Positions 29,133 through 40,336 of a DNA stretch of 64,000 bases are shown one piece after another. Source of the stretch: a virus. Both the position numbers and the translations under genes were made by a program. The notes beneath the pieces were generated by a model that worked only from the letters and a program-made list of their open reading frames with translations, was not told the DNA's origin and did no database searches. How positions within the stretch are numbered: position 1 is the stretch's first letter; the number at the start of each line of letters is the position of its first letter. The stretch covers positions 1-64,000 of the IMG/VR virus record IMGVR_UViG_3300003690_003155. One strand, 5' to 3'.

Positions 29133-30967
29133 TAATATTCAACTATACTTTTGGTTGTTACAGTACTTGTTACTTTTATTTTATTTTTAAACGATTGCTC
29201 GTTTTCTATATATGGTATTTGAAACGGTTTTAATGTTAATCTTGTATCAATAAATTTTATATCCCTACCATTATAAATAGGATTAAATACAGCAAAAGAC
29301 AATCCAGGAACTCCTTTATTTACGTCCGTTCTCCATGTTTTAAATTCTAATATACCATCTATTTTTTCGATCTCATTATTTAAATAACGGACATCTATAG
29401 TATCACCTAATTTTAATCCTTTTATATAAGTCGTAATTATATTAAACACTTTAGATTTTAATTCTTCTTCATTTATTAATGTTCTAGCACTTCTAACTAA
29501 ATGCAATTCTGTATAATCCTTATAACGTACCTTGGTTGATTCACTAGTAAATTTAAGACATAGATCGAAAGTAAGGTATATTGGATCTATAAATGTTATT
29601 TCACTATTAAGTAGCTTATAATTTGTAAGTTCGTTTTGTATTTTCTCCTTTAATGATGGCGATAGATAATTCGACCGCGTTACAACGGATTTATTTTTTC
29701 TTAAATTAGGTACTATGGTTAAATATATATTATTTGCATCAGAACTATCGGCGTAATAATACTGATTAAATAATGCGTTTGTTTCTAAAGAGTAATCCGT
29801 TAATCCTAATTCATCATTTAGGTATTTTAAATATCTATTGGTATAATCACTATTATTATATACTGTTACATCATAAATTAAATTTTTATAATTACGTTGA
29901 ATAAATGACTTATAATCACCCTTTGTAGTTAGTTTATATTCTGAACTAAAGAATCGAGGTGAATTTTGTTTAATCTCTGCTGTAGTTTCCTCTACACCGA
30001 AATCAGTACTATCCTCATTGTTGCTTACTGTTATATTAACAGATTCTGCCACGGTTATATAATTAAGAGAAGTATCTTTTATATCTGTAAATATTGTATC
30101 AAATTGTGTAGTATTATATACATTTGTTGAGCTACCAGAAAAGGCATTTTTTGTCATTTTACCAACCGGGCCGTTTGATTTTAAATAATAGATAGCAACT
30201 GTATCGTTTAAATTTAATTTCTTACCATTAACATTATTACCAAGTTTTAATTCGTAATTTTTATTTTCATTATACCGAACTTCAAAATGTCTACTATTAG
30301 GGTCAGATAAGAATAAACTAGGTACTCGGCTCCATTCATACCATTTATTTTCCTCGTTAACTTCTTTCACGAAAACAAAAATATTAAAGTGATCTATTAT
30401 AGTGTTTGATCCGGGTAATAAGTTTATTGTTTCAAACTGTTCACCTAATGGTTTAATTAACGGATGTTCTACTATTGTACCTTCATATAATAGCGGAGAA
30501 TCAGTAGTAGAAGAAATAGATTCAGTATCAGAGGTTATTTTTTCAAAAGTTAAGTCTTTTACGAATGTATACGTTTTACCTTGACTGGAGGAGAATGTAA
30601 ATCTTGGAATTGTATAATACCCGGCTGATAGATCGGATGTACCTTTAATTTCTATTGGTAACACGCACGATTGTTTACCAACTGGTTTATAGTCTATGAG
30701 TTTAACTATACGGTTTATATTTTCATATAATTCGGCGTCATTAAAATTACTTTCTGAACTAGTTTGATTTAAGTAAAATAATAGAGTATGGTAAGAGTAT
30801 GCAATGATATCAATCAGCGCAGAAATATTACTGCCTTCGAAGTTTTGATCAGTAAAATTTATTGTGTCGTCATTATTGAGACGTTCAATAATTAGGTCGC
30901 GCATGCTTTGTGCATCAAAGCCCGTGTATGCATTTGTCGGTAATTTGAAATTTGTAAAATTAGCCAT
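29132..30967 (-). CDS. gp6: baseplate wedge subunit, T4 gp6-like
   Basis: FTDQNFEGSNISALIDIIAY...LIDYKP; LGNNVNGKKL; TTKGDY. Confidence 0.85.
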   Translation of the reverse strand: MANFTNFKLPTNAYTGFDAQSMRDLIIERLNNDDTINFTDQNFEGSNISALIDIIAYSYHTLLFYLNQTSSESNFNDAELYENINRIVKLIDYKPVGKQSCVLPIEIKGTSDLSAGYYTIPRFTFSSSQGKTYTFVKDLTFEKITSDTESISSTTDSPLLYEGTIVEHPLIKPLGEQFETINLLPGSNTIIDHFNIFVFVKEVNEENKWYEWSRVPSLFLSDPNSRHFEVRYNENKNYELKLGNNVNGKKLNLNDTVAIYYLKSNGPVGKMTKNAFSGSSTNVYNTTQFDTIFTDIKDTSLNYITVAESVNITVSNNEDSTDFGVEETTAEIKQNSPRFFSSEYKLTTKGDYKSFIQRNYKNLIYDVTVYNNSDYTNRYLKYLNDELGLTDYSLETNALFNQYYYADSSDANNIYLTIVPNLRKNKSVVTRSNYLSPSLKEKIQNELTNYKLLNSEITFIDPIYLTFDLCLKFTSESTKVRYKDYTELHLVRSARTLINEEELKSKVFNIITTYIKGLKLGDTIDVRYLNNEIEKIDGILEFKTWRTDVNKGVPGLSFAVFNPIYNGRDIKFIDTRLTLKPFQIPYIENEQSFKNKIKVTSTVTTKSIVEY

Positions 30968-30969
30968 GA

Positions 30970-31449
30970 TTAGTATTGAAATCCTTTCGTTGTAAGCGTA
31001 CCATTAACACTCTCTACTTGATTATTTAATGAAGGTATTGTAATAGATATATCTATTACGTATTCATTCCAATCTGGTCTAGCTAAAACATCAACACCGG
31101 TTACCTTTATACGTGGTTCATACAATGGTAACTCTTCAAAAATAGTAGTACCAATTAGGTCTCCGTTTTCTTTACTAATATTATCGAACAGGTATTGCTC
31201 TAGATCTAAACCAAAATTAGGATTAAGAATTTTTTGGCCTTTTTTTGTATTAAAAGCATTATGTATGGAGTTATAAATTGCTTCAGTATCGTAATCTACT
31301 TTAAAATCTTGAGCATTTTTTGAGATCCCGGTTGGTTTACTTCCCAGCCGGGTATTAAATTGTATATCTAGGTGAATATCTGCATAAGTAAAATTACGAT
31401 AATTATCCGTATTCTTTCTCTTTTTAAATATATCAAGTTTAATGGCCAT
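30970..31449 (-). CDS. gp25: baseplate wedge subunit, T4 gp25-like
   Basis: AIYNSIHNAFNTKKGQKILNPNFG...YEPRI. Confidence 0.85.
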   Translation of the reverse strand: MAIKLDIFKKRKNTDNYRNFTYADIHLDIQFNTRLGSKPTGISKNAQDFKVDYDTEAIYNSIHNAFNTKKGQKILNPNFGLDLEQYLFDNISKENGDLIGTTIFEELPLYEPRIKVTGVDVLARPDWNEYVIDISITIPSLNNQVESVNGTLTTKGFQY

Positions 31450-31495
31450 GTATAATTATTTAATTTATAAGTGCTTAATACCATAAATAATTGAA

Positions 31496-31993
31496 ATGAG
31501 TACGTTCGATACATTATTTGAAGCCCAGATCGGTCGGTTTGTAAAATCAGGTCCTATTGCTGGTGATTATGTTAAATTAAAGAGTAATTTTAAATCATCT
31601 GATTGGTATAAAGATTTAGACGAGTCTCGTAAGAAATATGTACAAGAAGTCTTAACTTTATCTGAGCAGGGTAAATCTCTTATGCTGTCTACTATTAAAA
31701 AGGGAGTTTATGAGACCGCTGCTACAGATTCTCAAGCCTGGAATGTAGCTGATATAGTTGTAGAGTATGCTCCTGGTTTTTATCATCAGTCTTTAACACT
31801 TCCTTTAGAACTTCTTGAATTTTCTGAGACATGGGATGAGCATAGAGCTACTGCAAAAGATCCAACTAACGATCAAGAAGATCATACTACATTAAAGCCG
31901 AAGGAAGTTGAAGATAAGGCTATTGATGTTGGACAGCAAACTCGCATACCTGATGGTGACTATAAGTTAGGTACGGCGAATTACATGCCTTAA
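31496..31993 (+). CDS. hypothetical late protein
   Basis: TAAATA 6 nt upstream; MSTFDTLFE leader. Confidence 0.65.
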   Translation: MSTFDTLFEAQIGRFVKSGPIAGDYVKLKSNFKSSDWYKDLDESRKKYVQEVLTLSEQGKSLMLSTIKKGVYETAATDSQAWNVADIVVEYAPGFYHQSLTLPLELLEFSETWDEHRATAKDPTNDQEDHTTLKPKEVEDKAIDVGQQTRIPDGDYKLGTANYMP

Positions 31994-32898
31994 GGGTGTA
32001 AGTCGAGTATGCAAGAATAGAAGTTGATCTCTTGATCAATACACTGACTATTCTGATAAAAGTATTTAGAGATTGTAATTAGACAGTCTCTCTTTTTTTC
32101 TTCATCCATAGGATTTGCATACATATAATTAAATAAGCGTCTAAATAATTCATCATAATCACTGTTAAACGATGCTTCGTTCTCAATGATTGCTTTACGA
32201 ATTAAAAAATATTTTCTCTGAGATAATAGGTCGATTAACCCGCCGAGAAATTCTGTTGTAATATTACTGGTAGTGTTTTCTCCATCAGATAAATAATATT
32301 TTTGTAAAGCGTTAATACCTTTTCTAAAATCCGGATAACAACTATTAACAATATTTGTAAAGTTTTCTTTGTTAATTTTTATCTCTTCAGCTTTAACAAT
32401 AGATATTAATTTAGTTAAGTATTCATTTTTATCATAAGTAATATCAAATATTTGACATCTACTTTGTAGAGCTGGAATAATCTTATGCTTATAATTTGCT
32501 GTAAGTATGAATCTTGTTAAGTCGTGATATTCTTCTATCGAGTTGCGTAGCGCTTTTTGTGCGTCAATAGATAATCCATCACACTCGTCAAGTACTATAA
32601 CCTTAATTTGCCCAAAGAGACTCTTTGTCTGCGCGAAGTTTAAAACTTTTGTACGGATTGTATCTATCCCGTTTTCATCAGATGCATTGATATAGAGATA
32701 TTGACACTTAAGAATATCCTTAACAATAATTTTAGCTAGAGAAGTTTTCCCAATACCAGGCTTTCCTACAAATAAAACATTAGGTATATTGTTATCTTCT
32801 TGTACTTTATTAAAATAATTTTTAGTACTTTTGTCTAGAACTATTTCATCTAAAGTACTCGGTCGATACTTTTCACACCAAATATCAGAAATTGTCAT
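31990..32898 (-). CDS. gp44: clamp loader AAA+ subunit (T4 gp44 / RFC small subunit)
   Basis: WCEKYRP, GKPGIGKT, NASDENG, LDECD, SRC. Confidence 0.92.
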   Translation of the reverse strand: MTISDIWCEKYRPSTLDEIVLDKSTKNYFNKVQEDNNIPNVLFVGKPGIGKTSLAKIIVKDILKCQYLYINASDENGIDTIRTKVLNFAQTKSLFGQIKVIVLDECDGLSIDAQKALRNSIEEYHDLTRFILTANYKHKIIPALQSRCQIFDITYDKNEYLTKLISIVKAEEIKINKENFTNIVNSCYPDFRKGINALQKYYLSDGENTTSNITTEFLGGLIDLLSQRKYFLIRKAIIENEASFNSDYDELFRRLFNYMYANPMDEEKKRDCLITISKYFYQNSQCIDQEINFYSCILDLHP

Positions 32899-33086
32899 TG
32901 TAGGGAATGTACTATCTGATGTACTTCTGCATTTTTAATCCACTCACTATTAATACTCTTATCTATTTTTAATTGTTTAAATGCCTTTTCTTCAGCTTCA
33001 AGGACATTTTGAGCTTTGACTGTATACTCTCGGCGCATAATTTTGCCTTTCCAATCGGGAGATTTAAATTCTACTTCGTAAATCAT
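32895..33086 (-). CDS. hypothetical protein
   Basis: ORF coupled between dut and gp44. Confidence 0.55.
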   Translation of the reverse strand: MIYEVEFKSPDWKGKIMRREYTVKAQNVLEAEEKAFKQLKIDKSINSEWIKNAEVHQIVHSLQ

Positions 33087-33091
33087 AATAA

Positions 33092-33622
33092 TTATCCAGT
33101 CGATCCAAATCCATCTTCACCTCGCTCAGTGTCATCAATTTTATCTGCTTCAGAAATTGTTGCTGTAATATGAGGGTATAATACTAATTGAGCAATTCTG
33201 CTGCCTTTGTTTAAGGTTATATTTACATCGCTAAAATTATATAATTTAACACCCAGGTCGCCTCTGTATCCATTATCGATAATACCTAAATGGGGTTGAA
33301 TGTTATGCTTAAATCCTAAGCCGCTTCTAGGTTCTACTCGAAACCAATATCCTGGTGTAATATATGCTAATGTTAGGCCTACAGGTACAACTACAGAGCC
33401 TCGTCCCGGTACTATAACCTCCTCTACGCTATATACATCATATCCGGAATCACTGTCATGAGCTCTATGTGGTAATTTGGCATCCGGATGAGTTTTCATT
33501 ACTTTGAGTTCAATCTCTTTATTACAAAATGTTACATTCGCGCTACCATCATCATTTTCACCGATTGCGAATGAGCGAAGAGAAGATAATGATTGATATT
33601 GTAACGGCTGAAAATCGTCCAT
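33092..33622 (-). CDS. dut: trimeric dUTPase
   Basis: SGYDV, PRSGLG, GIIDNGYRG, RIAQL, RGEDGFGSTG. Confidence 0.95.
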   Translation of the reverse strand: MDDFQPLQYQSLSSLRSFAIGENDDGSANVTFCNKEIELKVMKTHPDAKLPHRAHDSDSGYDVYSVEEVIVPGRGSVVVPVGLTLAYITPGYWFRVEPRSGLGFKHNIQPHLGIIDNGYRGDLGVKLYNFSDVNITLNKGSRIAQLVLYPHITATISEADKIDDTERGEDGFGSTG

Positions 33623-33668
33623 ACAATGAATATAGTATATAATTTAGATTTTTCAAGTAAATACTTTT

Positions 33669-34148
33669 ATGGATGACATTGATCCTGCTGATTTAATATC
33701 GCAATTAAAAACCGTACCGAGAGCTAGTAGACAATTAGCACAACAGTCAGAGAGATTTAATATTTCTAAAGATGAAGTTGAAGATTTTATTATACAAAAA
33801 TCATCTAAATTAATTCAAGATTCTTTAGAGTTAATAGATAATATGAAGGAAGTGGTTCATCATATGCCTGAAGCAGAAAATGTCTCTTCTCTCGCTGAAC
33901 TTATTAAGGCTTCAACTGGTGCTATTGAAACATTAAATAAATTAGTCGTTCAAGATAAAAAATCTAATACTACTATAAAAGCAAAACAGTTAGATATAGA
34001 TTCTAGAAAAGAACTTCAAAGCGCTGATCAACAGCATTCATTAATGTTAAGTAGAGATGAGGTTCTTGATCGTTTATTGAAAGATTCAAAAATAATTAAT
34101 GTAGAGTCAGATGTAAAGGAACCCGATAAGCTAGACCCCCCTACCTAA
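33669..34148 (+). CDS. helical late protein, possible terminase small subunit
   Basis: TAAATA upstream; size and helical pattern only. Confidence 0.35.
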   Translation: MDDIDPADLISQLKTVPRASRQLAQQSERFNISKDEVEDFIIQKSSKLIQDSLELIDNMKEVVHHMPEAENVSSLAELIKASTGAIETLNKLVVQDKKSNTTIKAKQLDIDSRKELQSADQQHSLMLSRDEVLDRLLKDSKIINVESDVKEPDKLDPPT

Positions 34149-35220
34149 GAATACCCATATCAAATGGTCTTTGAAGAGTTTGTATTTTGTTTAATAAGAT
34201 ATCTACTTCTTCTTTAGAGTTTTCTATTACTACTTCATGGACCCCGGGTACTATTTTTTGAATATTATTTAATTTATTCATTGTAAGCCATGATAAAACG
34301 GTATAGGTTCCACCTAATGCAGTAGCAATATTTTCATTAATCTCAGGCTGATTTTTCTTTAATCTTTCATAATGGTAATGATCAGTAACTAAATTTTCTT
34401 TATGAGCATCTGCGGCAACTTCTCCTGTGTTGATTATTTGCTGCATGTTTCGTTTAAATAAAGATTCAACTCGATTGCTTAATTGAACAATATTTGTTCG
34501 GGTTTCCATTTCTAATTTATCATCAATGATACTATTATAAGGTAAAGGAGTTGTATCTTGCATAAATTCATCTGCATAATGCGTGTATCTACTTTGAGGG
34601 TATTGCCATTGATAAAATAAAAAACCTACACTTTCAGATATTTCTTGTAAAATAGTATCTTCTACAGACAGTCTTTCTGATAATATTTCTTTTACTTTTA
34701 AGTGACATTTACGGTACTTATCTAACCACCACGCGATGAATTCACCATTTTTATCTTCATTTGCTATATCAAAGCTATTTGAAATTTTGCTTATTTTTTC
34801 ATTTACATTTGTAGAGTCATTTTCAGTCAAAGGAATTTTTTTCCCTTTTACAGTTAATGCAACTAAGCCTAATTCTTTATCCTGAAATATAATCGGGTTT
34901 CCAGCGTCATCCTTTCGTAAGGAATCTCCATCGTCAACGTCCATTTCTTTTCTTTTAAGGTATTTTGTTGCTTTAGGAGATTTAGCAAATTTTTGTAAGT
35001 CTAAGTTTGCATTTGCTATACCTTCCCAAAAGTCTGCTTCCGCAGTAATAGGATCTGATTCATATTTTAAACTATCATAATATTTTGATAATGCTACAAA
35101 ATTAATATATTTTTCAATTATAGAATTAAAATTTGTAGATGCGATATGAAAATCTACTGAATTAGTTAATCGAGTATTTACTATATCAGGTATTCCAGTT
35201 TTTGATGGTATTGCGCTCAT
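34141..35220 (-). CDS. hypothetical tail-region protein
   Basis: ORF; synteny. Confidence 0.5.
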   Translation of the reverse strand: MSAIPSKTGIPDIVNTRLTNSVDFHIASTNFNSIIEKYINFVALSKYYDSLKYESDPITAEADFWEGIANANLDLQKFAKSPKATKYLKRKEMDVDDGDSLRKDDAGNPIIFQDKELGLVALTVKGKKIPLTENDSTNVNEKISKISNSFDIANEDKNGEFIAWWLDKYRKCHLKVKEILSERLSVEDTILQEISESVGFLFYQWQYPQSRYTHYADEFMQDTTPLPYNSIIDDKLEMETRTNIVQLSNRVESLFKRNMQQIINTGEVAADAHKENLVTDHYHYERLKKNQPEINENIATALGGTYTVLSWLTMNKLNNIQKIVPGVHEVVIENSKEEVDILLNKIQTLQRPFDMGILR

Positions 35221-35221
35221 A

Positions 35222-36868
35222 TTAACTAGCTCCTGCAGCTCGGGTTCCTATTCCTCTTTCAAATTTATCTATTTTACTACATACTAGTTTTGTATTAAAT
35301 TGGCCTTCTTGTAAAGTTGTTATGTTTCGAAGGATAAACCAAAACCCAGGGACATTTTCCATAAATTTATCTAGCTTCTCACCTGCAACTTCTATACCTA
35401 TAAATTTACCTCCGGTCATCATCCAATTATTCTTACTACCAACTCCGGTGAGATTTATTGTTACTTTATCAGAGTTATCTAATATTTTTTGTTGTAGCAT
35501 AATTTTTCCATAGCTACTATCTTGATCTGATGCAGTATGTAAGTTAAAAAATCTTTCTTTATTAGGCTTAGTGAGATCAGTTTTATTAACATTTGGAGCG
35601 AGTTCACCATCGTTTGAATTTGCATCTGGAAATGCCGTCATATAAATTGAAAAATTTTCATTAAAATCTTGAACACTACCTTTCTTATTGTTTAATTTAA
35701 ATAATTTTCGGCCGACATCATATGAAGTTATAGTATGATCTACTATTTTATCTGTAGCAGCGGTTGGTTGTTTTTTATGAAAAGTAACATTCTGTATATT
35801 TACTGGAATTAGGAGATTTTGGATATCAGGATCTGCAAATATAGAATGAGATTGTCTTTTACTATAATGCATTCTTATATCGTCTGTTTCTATTTTTATA
35901 ACACCAGCAAATTTTCTTTTAAAGTTTGTATCCGACCAGCTTTCTGCCATAGTATTAAGATCAATAGCATCATTAATTATATTAGTAAGAGATCTTAAAC
36001 TAAACATTCCATTATAATATAATAAAATACCCATATCGCCATGTATTTTAGAGACATACTTTGACATTAAATCAAACAATCCTACCATAGGAGCTGTATT
36101 TTGAGGTAAAGTATACATTATTTTTGAAGAACTTTCATCCCATTCTTGTTCATTAATTATAGGACTCCAATCTAAATTTTCTTCTGTGGTAGCTTCCATC
36201 CCACCGGTTCGACTGCAAAATCTTCGCAATAGATGTTTTATGGCGTCACTAACTTTTATACCGCATTGCTCTCGACTAAATTGAGAGACACCTTCTGATA
36301 TTGCAACATCGAGTGCTTCGTATGGGTTGTTCTCATCTGCACCCCATTCTGAATGATCCGGGCCCCAACTAACATAATCATTAGTACTCCATGGAAATTT
36401 CTGATACATTAAAGCACCGTATTCAACATCTGCAAAATAATATGTTATTGTTTTTTCATTGTTTACTAAACCTTCGACCATATTTTTAGTTATATATATT
36501 CTATCAACTAAAGTTTCTCTCTCACATCTTGTCGCAGTAGATTGTTGTTCGATTTTTATATGTAGAAACTCTCCACCTGTAGCAATATTTTCATATTGAC
36601 TATTCTCATTTTCTCCCTTTATTTCGGCGGTGTCCATTCCCATTAGTATTTTATCAGAAAGCAATTGTAAGCTTCCAATTACAAATGGAGATTTATACGT
36701 AGAGTCAAATGTTATTTTTTTGAATTCTACTTTTCTTACATTTCTTTGTTGCGCCTTTTCATTTATAAACCTTATAGATATAAAAAAATCTGTAGCGTTA
36801 GAACTAATTTGAAACGTGCCTTGTTCCGTTGATTGTTCTTGTATATCTTGTAAAGCTGGTTTTGCCAT
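35222..36868 (-). CDS. putative baseplate hub protein (gp27-like)
   Basis: next to gp53; C-terminal GFWFILRNITT beta pattern. Confidence 0.4.
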   Translation of the reverse strand: MAKPALQDIQEQSTEQGTFQISSNATDFFISIRFINEKAQQRNVRKVEFKKITFDSTYKSPFVIGSLQLLSDKILMGMDTAEIKGENENSQYENIATGGEFLHIKIEQQSTATRCERETLVDRIYITKNMVEGLVNNEKTITYYFADVEYGALMYQKFPWSTNDYVSWGPDHSEWGADENNPYEALDVAISEGVSQFSREQCGIKVSDAIKHLLRRFCSRTGGMEATTEENLDWSPIINEQEWDESSSKIMYTLPQNTAPMVGLFDLMSKYVSKIHGDMGILLYYNGMFSLRSLTNIINDAIDLNTMAESWSDTNFKRKFAGVIKIETDDIRMHYSKRQSHSIFADPDIQNLLIPVNIQNVTFHKKQPTAATDKIVDHTITSYDVGRKLFKLNNKKGSVQDFNENFSIYMTAFPDANSNDGELAPNVNKTDLTKPNKERFFNLHTASDQDSSYGKIMLQQKILDNSDKVTINLTGVGSKNNWMMTGGKFIGIEVAGEKLDKFMENVPGFWFILRNITTLQEGQFNTKLVCSKIDKFERGIGTRAAGAS

Positions 36869-36870
36869 TA

Positions 36871-37226
36871 TTATACTTGCTTGTTAATTTCAGATAATAT
36901 TCTACTTACATATGTTGGTTTTATAACTGTATATTTGTCACCAGTAATAGGATTATTAATCGGATTTTGTATATTATTAGCAAGACATATCAACCACCAT
37001 AAATTCTGATTTCCGTATACTTGATCTGAAAATGATGTCCATGGCATATTAGCTGTAACTCTTACTTCGAAAAATACTTGTGGATTAAGATCATCAGGAA
37101 ATGATATTTTTTTAATTATATTATAAAAAAAATACTTATCTGATTAAAGATGTTCTCATATCTAGTATCATCTAGAGATTTTAACTCTGCTATATTATTT
37201 CGAGTGAGTTGTAAATCTGTAATCAT
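36871..37226 (-). pseudogene. gp53: baseplate wedge gp53-like gene split by a frameshift
   Basis: frame A MITDLQ...RYENIFNQISIFFII*; frame B ...YFFYNIIKKISFP...VYGNQNLWWLICLANNIQNP...*. Confidence 0.75.
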
Positions 37227-37229
37227 ATT

Positions 37230-38549
37230 TTAATCTCCATCGTTACCGCCTCTTCCCGTTGGCCAACCACCCGGGCCAGTGTTCATTCCTCCAGGTCTCG
37301 CTCCTACTGCTCCTGTTTGAGCCGCTTCATATGCTTTACCGTCATCTCCTTCATCCCAATTCCTATCACCATATACATCTGGATATGGTTCAGATTCTTC
37401 ATGACTTCGAACTGGGTTATTAATACTATCAAACATTAAATTCTTTGTCTCTGGTGTAAGACTTGTGAGAGTTAGTTGTATTTCATAACCTTCAGGAACA
37501 ATTACTTCTGTTGCCGATGTGTTTTTTGTAACTTTAAATGGAGGCATTTTTCTTCTGACTCCAATAAAGTTTATCTTGATATTACTTAAAAAACTCCATC
37601 TATAACTAAAGACACCCGGTAAGGAGGATTGATATATTACAGGCGGTGTTATTGCAGTTTTATTTACTCTATTAGGTAAATTTTGATATGTTAATAAAAA
37701 TATAAATCTATAGTTTTTCATCCATTCAGACACGTCATCATATCTTGTGTTATCTAAATAAAACGTAATATTATAACTCGGACCAGAGTCGGAATATTGA
37801 AATGTCTTTGCAAAATCAATACCAACACCAGGAGAAACTGCCGATGTTAATGCAGCCATGAATTCTATGGGCGTTTGAAGTATGGACCCTTCTTGAGACC
37901 AATTATTAGATATTGTTTTATATGAATCTTCTAAATAAGGCAAACGGTATATAAACTTAGTTTTTTTGACACCATATATGTTTTCATATGATTTTAAATA
38001 TTCTGGCATCTCGAATTTAGTTGTACCAAATGCGCTATCAGCGCCACTAGTAATAGATTCAGATAATCCTTGAAATCCGCTCATTGTGTTGTTGAGCGCT
38101 TTGCCAAATGCACTTGGTAATTTATCAGCAATATTTTTTATACTTTTAGCATAACTTTCTGGATCATCGCCCCATTTTTTACCTGGACCGTAAATTTGTT
38201 CAGTAAAAAGTTTAAGGTTTTGAAAAAAGGCTGGGACAGTTACTATATACTCTCTTAATGTAACAGTTGGTATGGTTTTTACTGCTACTGAATCTTTAGC
38301 TGATTTTGTCCATCGAAATTGTTTTGTTATATTTATATCCATATGATCTGCACCGTCAGGTGGTACAGGTACATCTGCTACAGTATCTGATATAACGTTA
38401 CTTTTTGCTCTTGATATTATTTTTCCGGCGGTCGCCTTTATTGTGTCATTAGTAGTAAGCTCCACACCATTTTTAGAATCTCCCTCCATATTTGTACATG
38501 TCGGCTTTGAAAACTCAAATAAATATCTATCGTTTATATTAGTAGGCAT
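37230..38549 (-). CDS. putative baseplate tail-tube cap (gp48-like)
   Basis: synteny; tube-like fold pattern (NITFYLDNT...PPVIY...LTLTSL). Confidence 0.4.
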   Translation of the reverse strand: MPTNINDRYLFEFSKPTCTNMEGDSKNGVELTTNDTIKATAGKIISRAKSNVISDTVADVPVPPDGADHMDINITKQFRWTKSAKDSVAVKTIPTVTLREYIVTVPAFFQNLKLFTEQIYGPGKKWGDDPESYAKSIKNIADKLPSAFGKALNNTMSGFQGLSESITSGADSAFGTTKFEMPEYLKSYENIYGVKKTKFIYRLPYLEDSYKTISNNWSQEGSILQTPIEFMAALTSAVSPGVGIDFAKTFQYSDSGPSYNITFYLDNTRYDDVSEWMKNYRFIFLLTYQNLPNRVNKTAITPPVIYQSSLPGVFSYRWSFLSNIKINFIGVRRKMPPFKVTKNTSATEVIVPEGYEIQLTLTSLTPETKNLMFDSINNPVRSHEESEPYPDVYGDRNWDEGDDGKAYEAAQTGAVGARPGGMNTGPGGWPTGRGGNDGD

Positions 38550-38564
38550 AATTATTAATTAGTA

Positions 38565-40322
38565 TCAATTTAACCATTGTTTTAAGGTAGGACCTTCACT
38601 AAACATATCAACTGGCGGAGGTTCAGGTGTATTAAGAAAGTTATTTGTTGTACTGTTTACATTTATTCCTTGTTGTACTGGATCCACTCCAGTACCCTCG
38701 TTCTTTTTTTCTCTCTTCATTTTTTGTTGAATTTCGATCCGACGTTGTTCCTCGTCGAACTTTTCGACTTCATGAAGTTTATCTTGCACCGTACCGAATT
38801 CCGTAATGTTTTCGCGAATAAGCTCTTCAGCCGCGTTATATCTTAAGTCTTCTTCTTTAGTTCTTACAGGATCTTTTAGACCAGATAATTTTCTCATTAA
38901 CCATAATGCAGGTTCTCCTGTCCAAGCAGATCGTTCCGTTGTTGGGTCACCTAAACCACCTAACCTATGTCTAGTTTGCTGCGCTTCGACAAAACGTTTA
39001 TACAGCGCATACTGATCATCAGTAAGTCTTTTTTTTGCCCATTTTAGTTTCTTCTTAGTACCTCCTGGATCATTACTACTTATATCAAGAGATTGTTCGG
39101 CCATTGAGTCAAAAATGCCAATACCAGAAGATAGAACATCATGAGTCATTACACCTTGGCCTATAAAAGGAATAGCTCTTACTCCGACTCTGGAACCAAC
39201 GCTGAGCGCACCTTGACCGGTTTTACCGACCAGTCCCCATGTTTTGAAGGGACCGAGCTGCATCAGCTCCTTCCATTTTATTCCTCCTGTGAGAAAAGCC
39301 GATTTTTCCATCGCTTTTTCTATAGATTTCGCGAGTGGCTGCATTGCTTTTTGCCACATCGTCGAGCTTGTCTGCTGGAGGGCAACACTGGCAGCGTCAC
39401 CAGCAGCATCTAGTTGGCCTTGCGATATAATAGACCTACGTGGACTTGGGTCATTGAAGCCGGGTTCGCCGTGGTGCCGCTCAGGATTTTCTGTAGATGC
39501 CTGAGCTACTTGAGGCTGGTTATTGCCGTTGGTGCGGCGATATCCGACCCAATGCTCCTCCGTGGTTCTATTAGCAGCTTCGTCCCGTTCTCTTTGTTCT
39601 TGTGCTTTTTGCCACCATCGCTTTATACCTTCGCCCCATTTGGAGGTGTTAGGTTTTAAAGCATCATAAAGCCGCTGGAATGTTTCAATGGCCTTGGCTT
39701 TATTTTCTGGAGTATTAACTTTGTTGTTATAAAAATCTTTGGCAAGATCCTCACCCTTGTTGCCCAAGTCCTCGACGGTTTCGGTTACCGAGTCGATGAT
39801 CGACTCGGCGAGGGCGGATTCGGTAGCACGCAACTTGTCAAGTTGCCGTCTTTCGTCATACCATGAAGCTTCAGGGGCAGTATCTCTACCCATGATCATA
39901 TCTGTGGCAGCTTTTAAATAATCATCCATTTTATTCAATACTGCATCTTTCATTTTCCCAGCGCGGGATGAAATTCGTTTCCCTATATCTTGTAACATTG
40001 CATCTGGGTTAAGTAAATCTCCAAACAATGCTAAAAATCCTAAACCAGCCCCTGCTCCTAAAACTTTCTTTCCGGTGAGTGCTTTAAAGAAATCTCTCAT
40101 TTCTTTTTTTGCTACTCGAGCAGAGTGACCGGCGGTGACACTCGGTGGTATTGGTCGATCGGCATCACGAGTTGAACCAGATAATCTTCTGGCGCCGCCC
40201 GCTTGGTTTCTTATTGTTCTATGAAGAGATTTAATTTCAGAAACAAAATCAGATTGATTCCGTTCTAAGTTAATAGTTCTAGCATGTATATCTGCTAACA
40301 GTCGATCTCCAGCCGCTGACAT
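38565..40322 (-). CDS. putative tape-measure/hub protein (gp29-like)
   Basis: 585 aa, helical, with a RAIPFIG motif; position among hub genes. Confidence 0.4.
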   Translation of the reverse strand: MSAAGDRLLADIHARTINLERNQSDFVSEIKSLHRTIRNQAGGARRLSGSTRDADRPIPPSVTAGHSARVAKKEMRDFFKALTGKKVLGAGAGLGFLALFGDLLNPDAMLQDIGKRISSRAGKMKDAVLNKMDDYLKAATDMIMGRDTAPEASWYDERRQLDKLRATESALAESIIDSVTETVEDLGNKGEDLAKDFYNNKVNTPENKAKAIETFQRLYDALKPNTSKWGEGIKRWWQKAQEQRERDEAANRTTEEHWVGYRRTNGNNQPQVAQASTENPERHHGEPGFNDPSPRRSIISQGQLDAAGDAASVALQQTSSTMWQKAMQPLAKSIEKAMEKSAFLTGGIKWKELMQLGPFKTWGLVGKTGQGALSVGSRVGVRAIPFIGQGVMTHDVLSSGIGIFDSMAEQSLDISSNDPGGTKKKLKWAKKRLTDDQYALYKRFVEAQQTRHRLGGLGDPTTERSAWTGEPALWLMRKLSGLKDPVRTKEEDLRYNAAEELIRENITEFGTVQDKLHEVEKFDEEQRRIEIQQKMKREKKNEGTGVDPVQQGINVNSTTNNFLNTPEPPPVDMFSEGPTLKQWLN

Positions 40323-40336
40323 ATGTAATTATTTAA

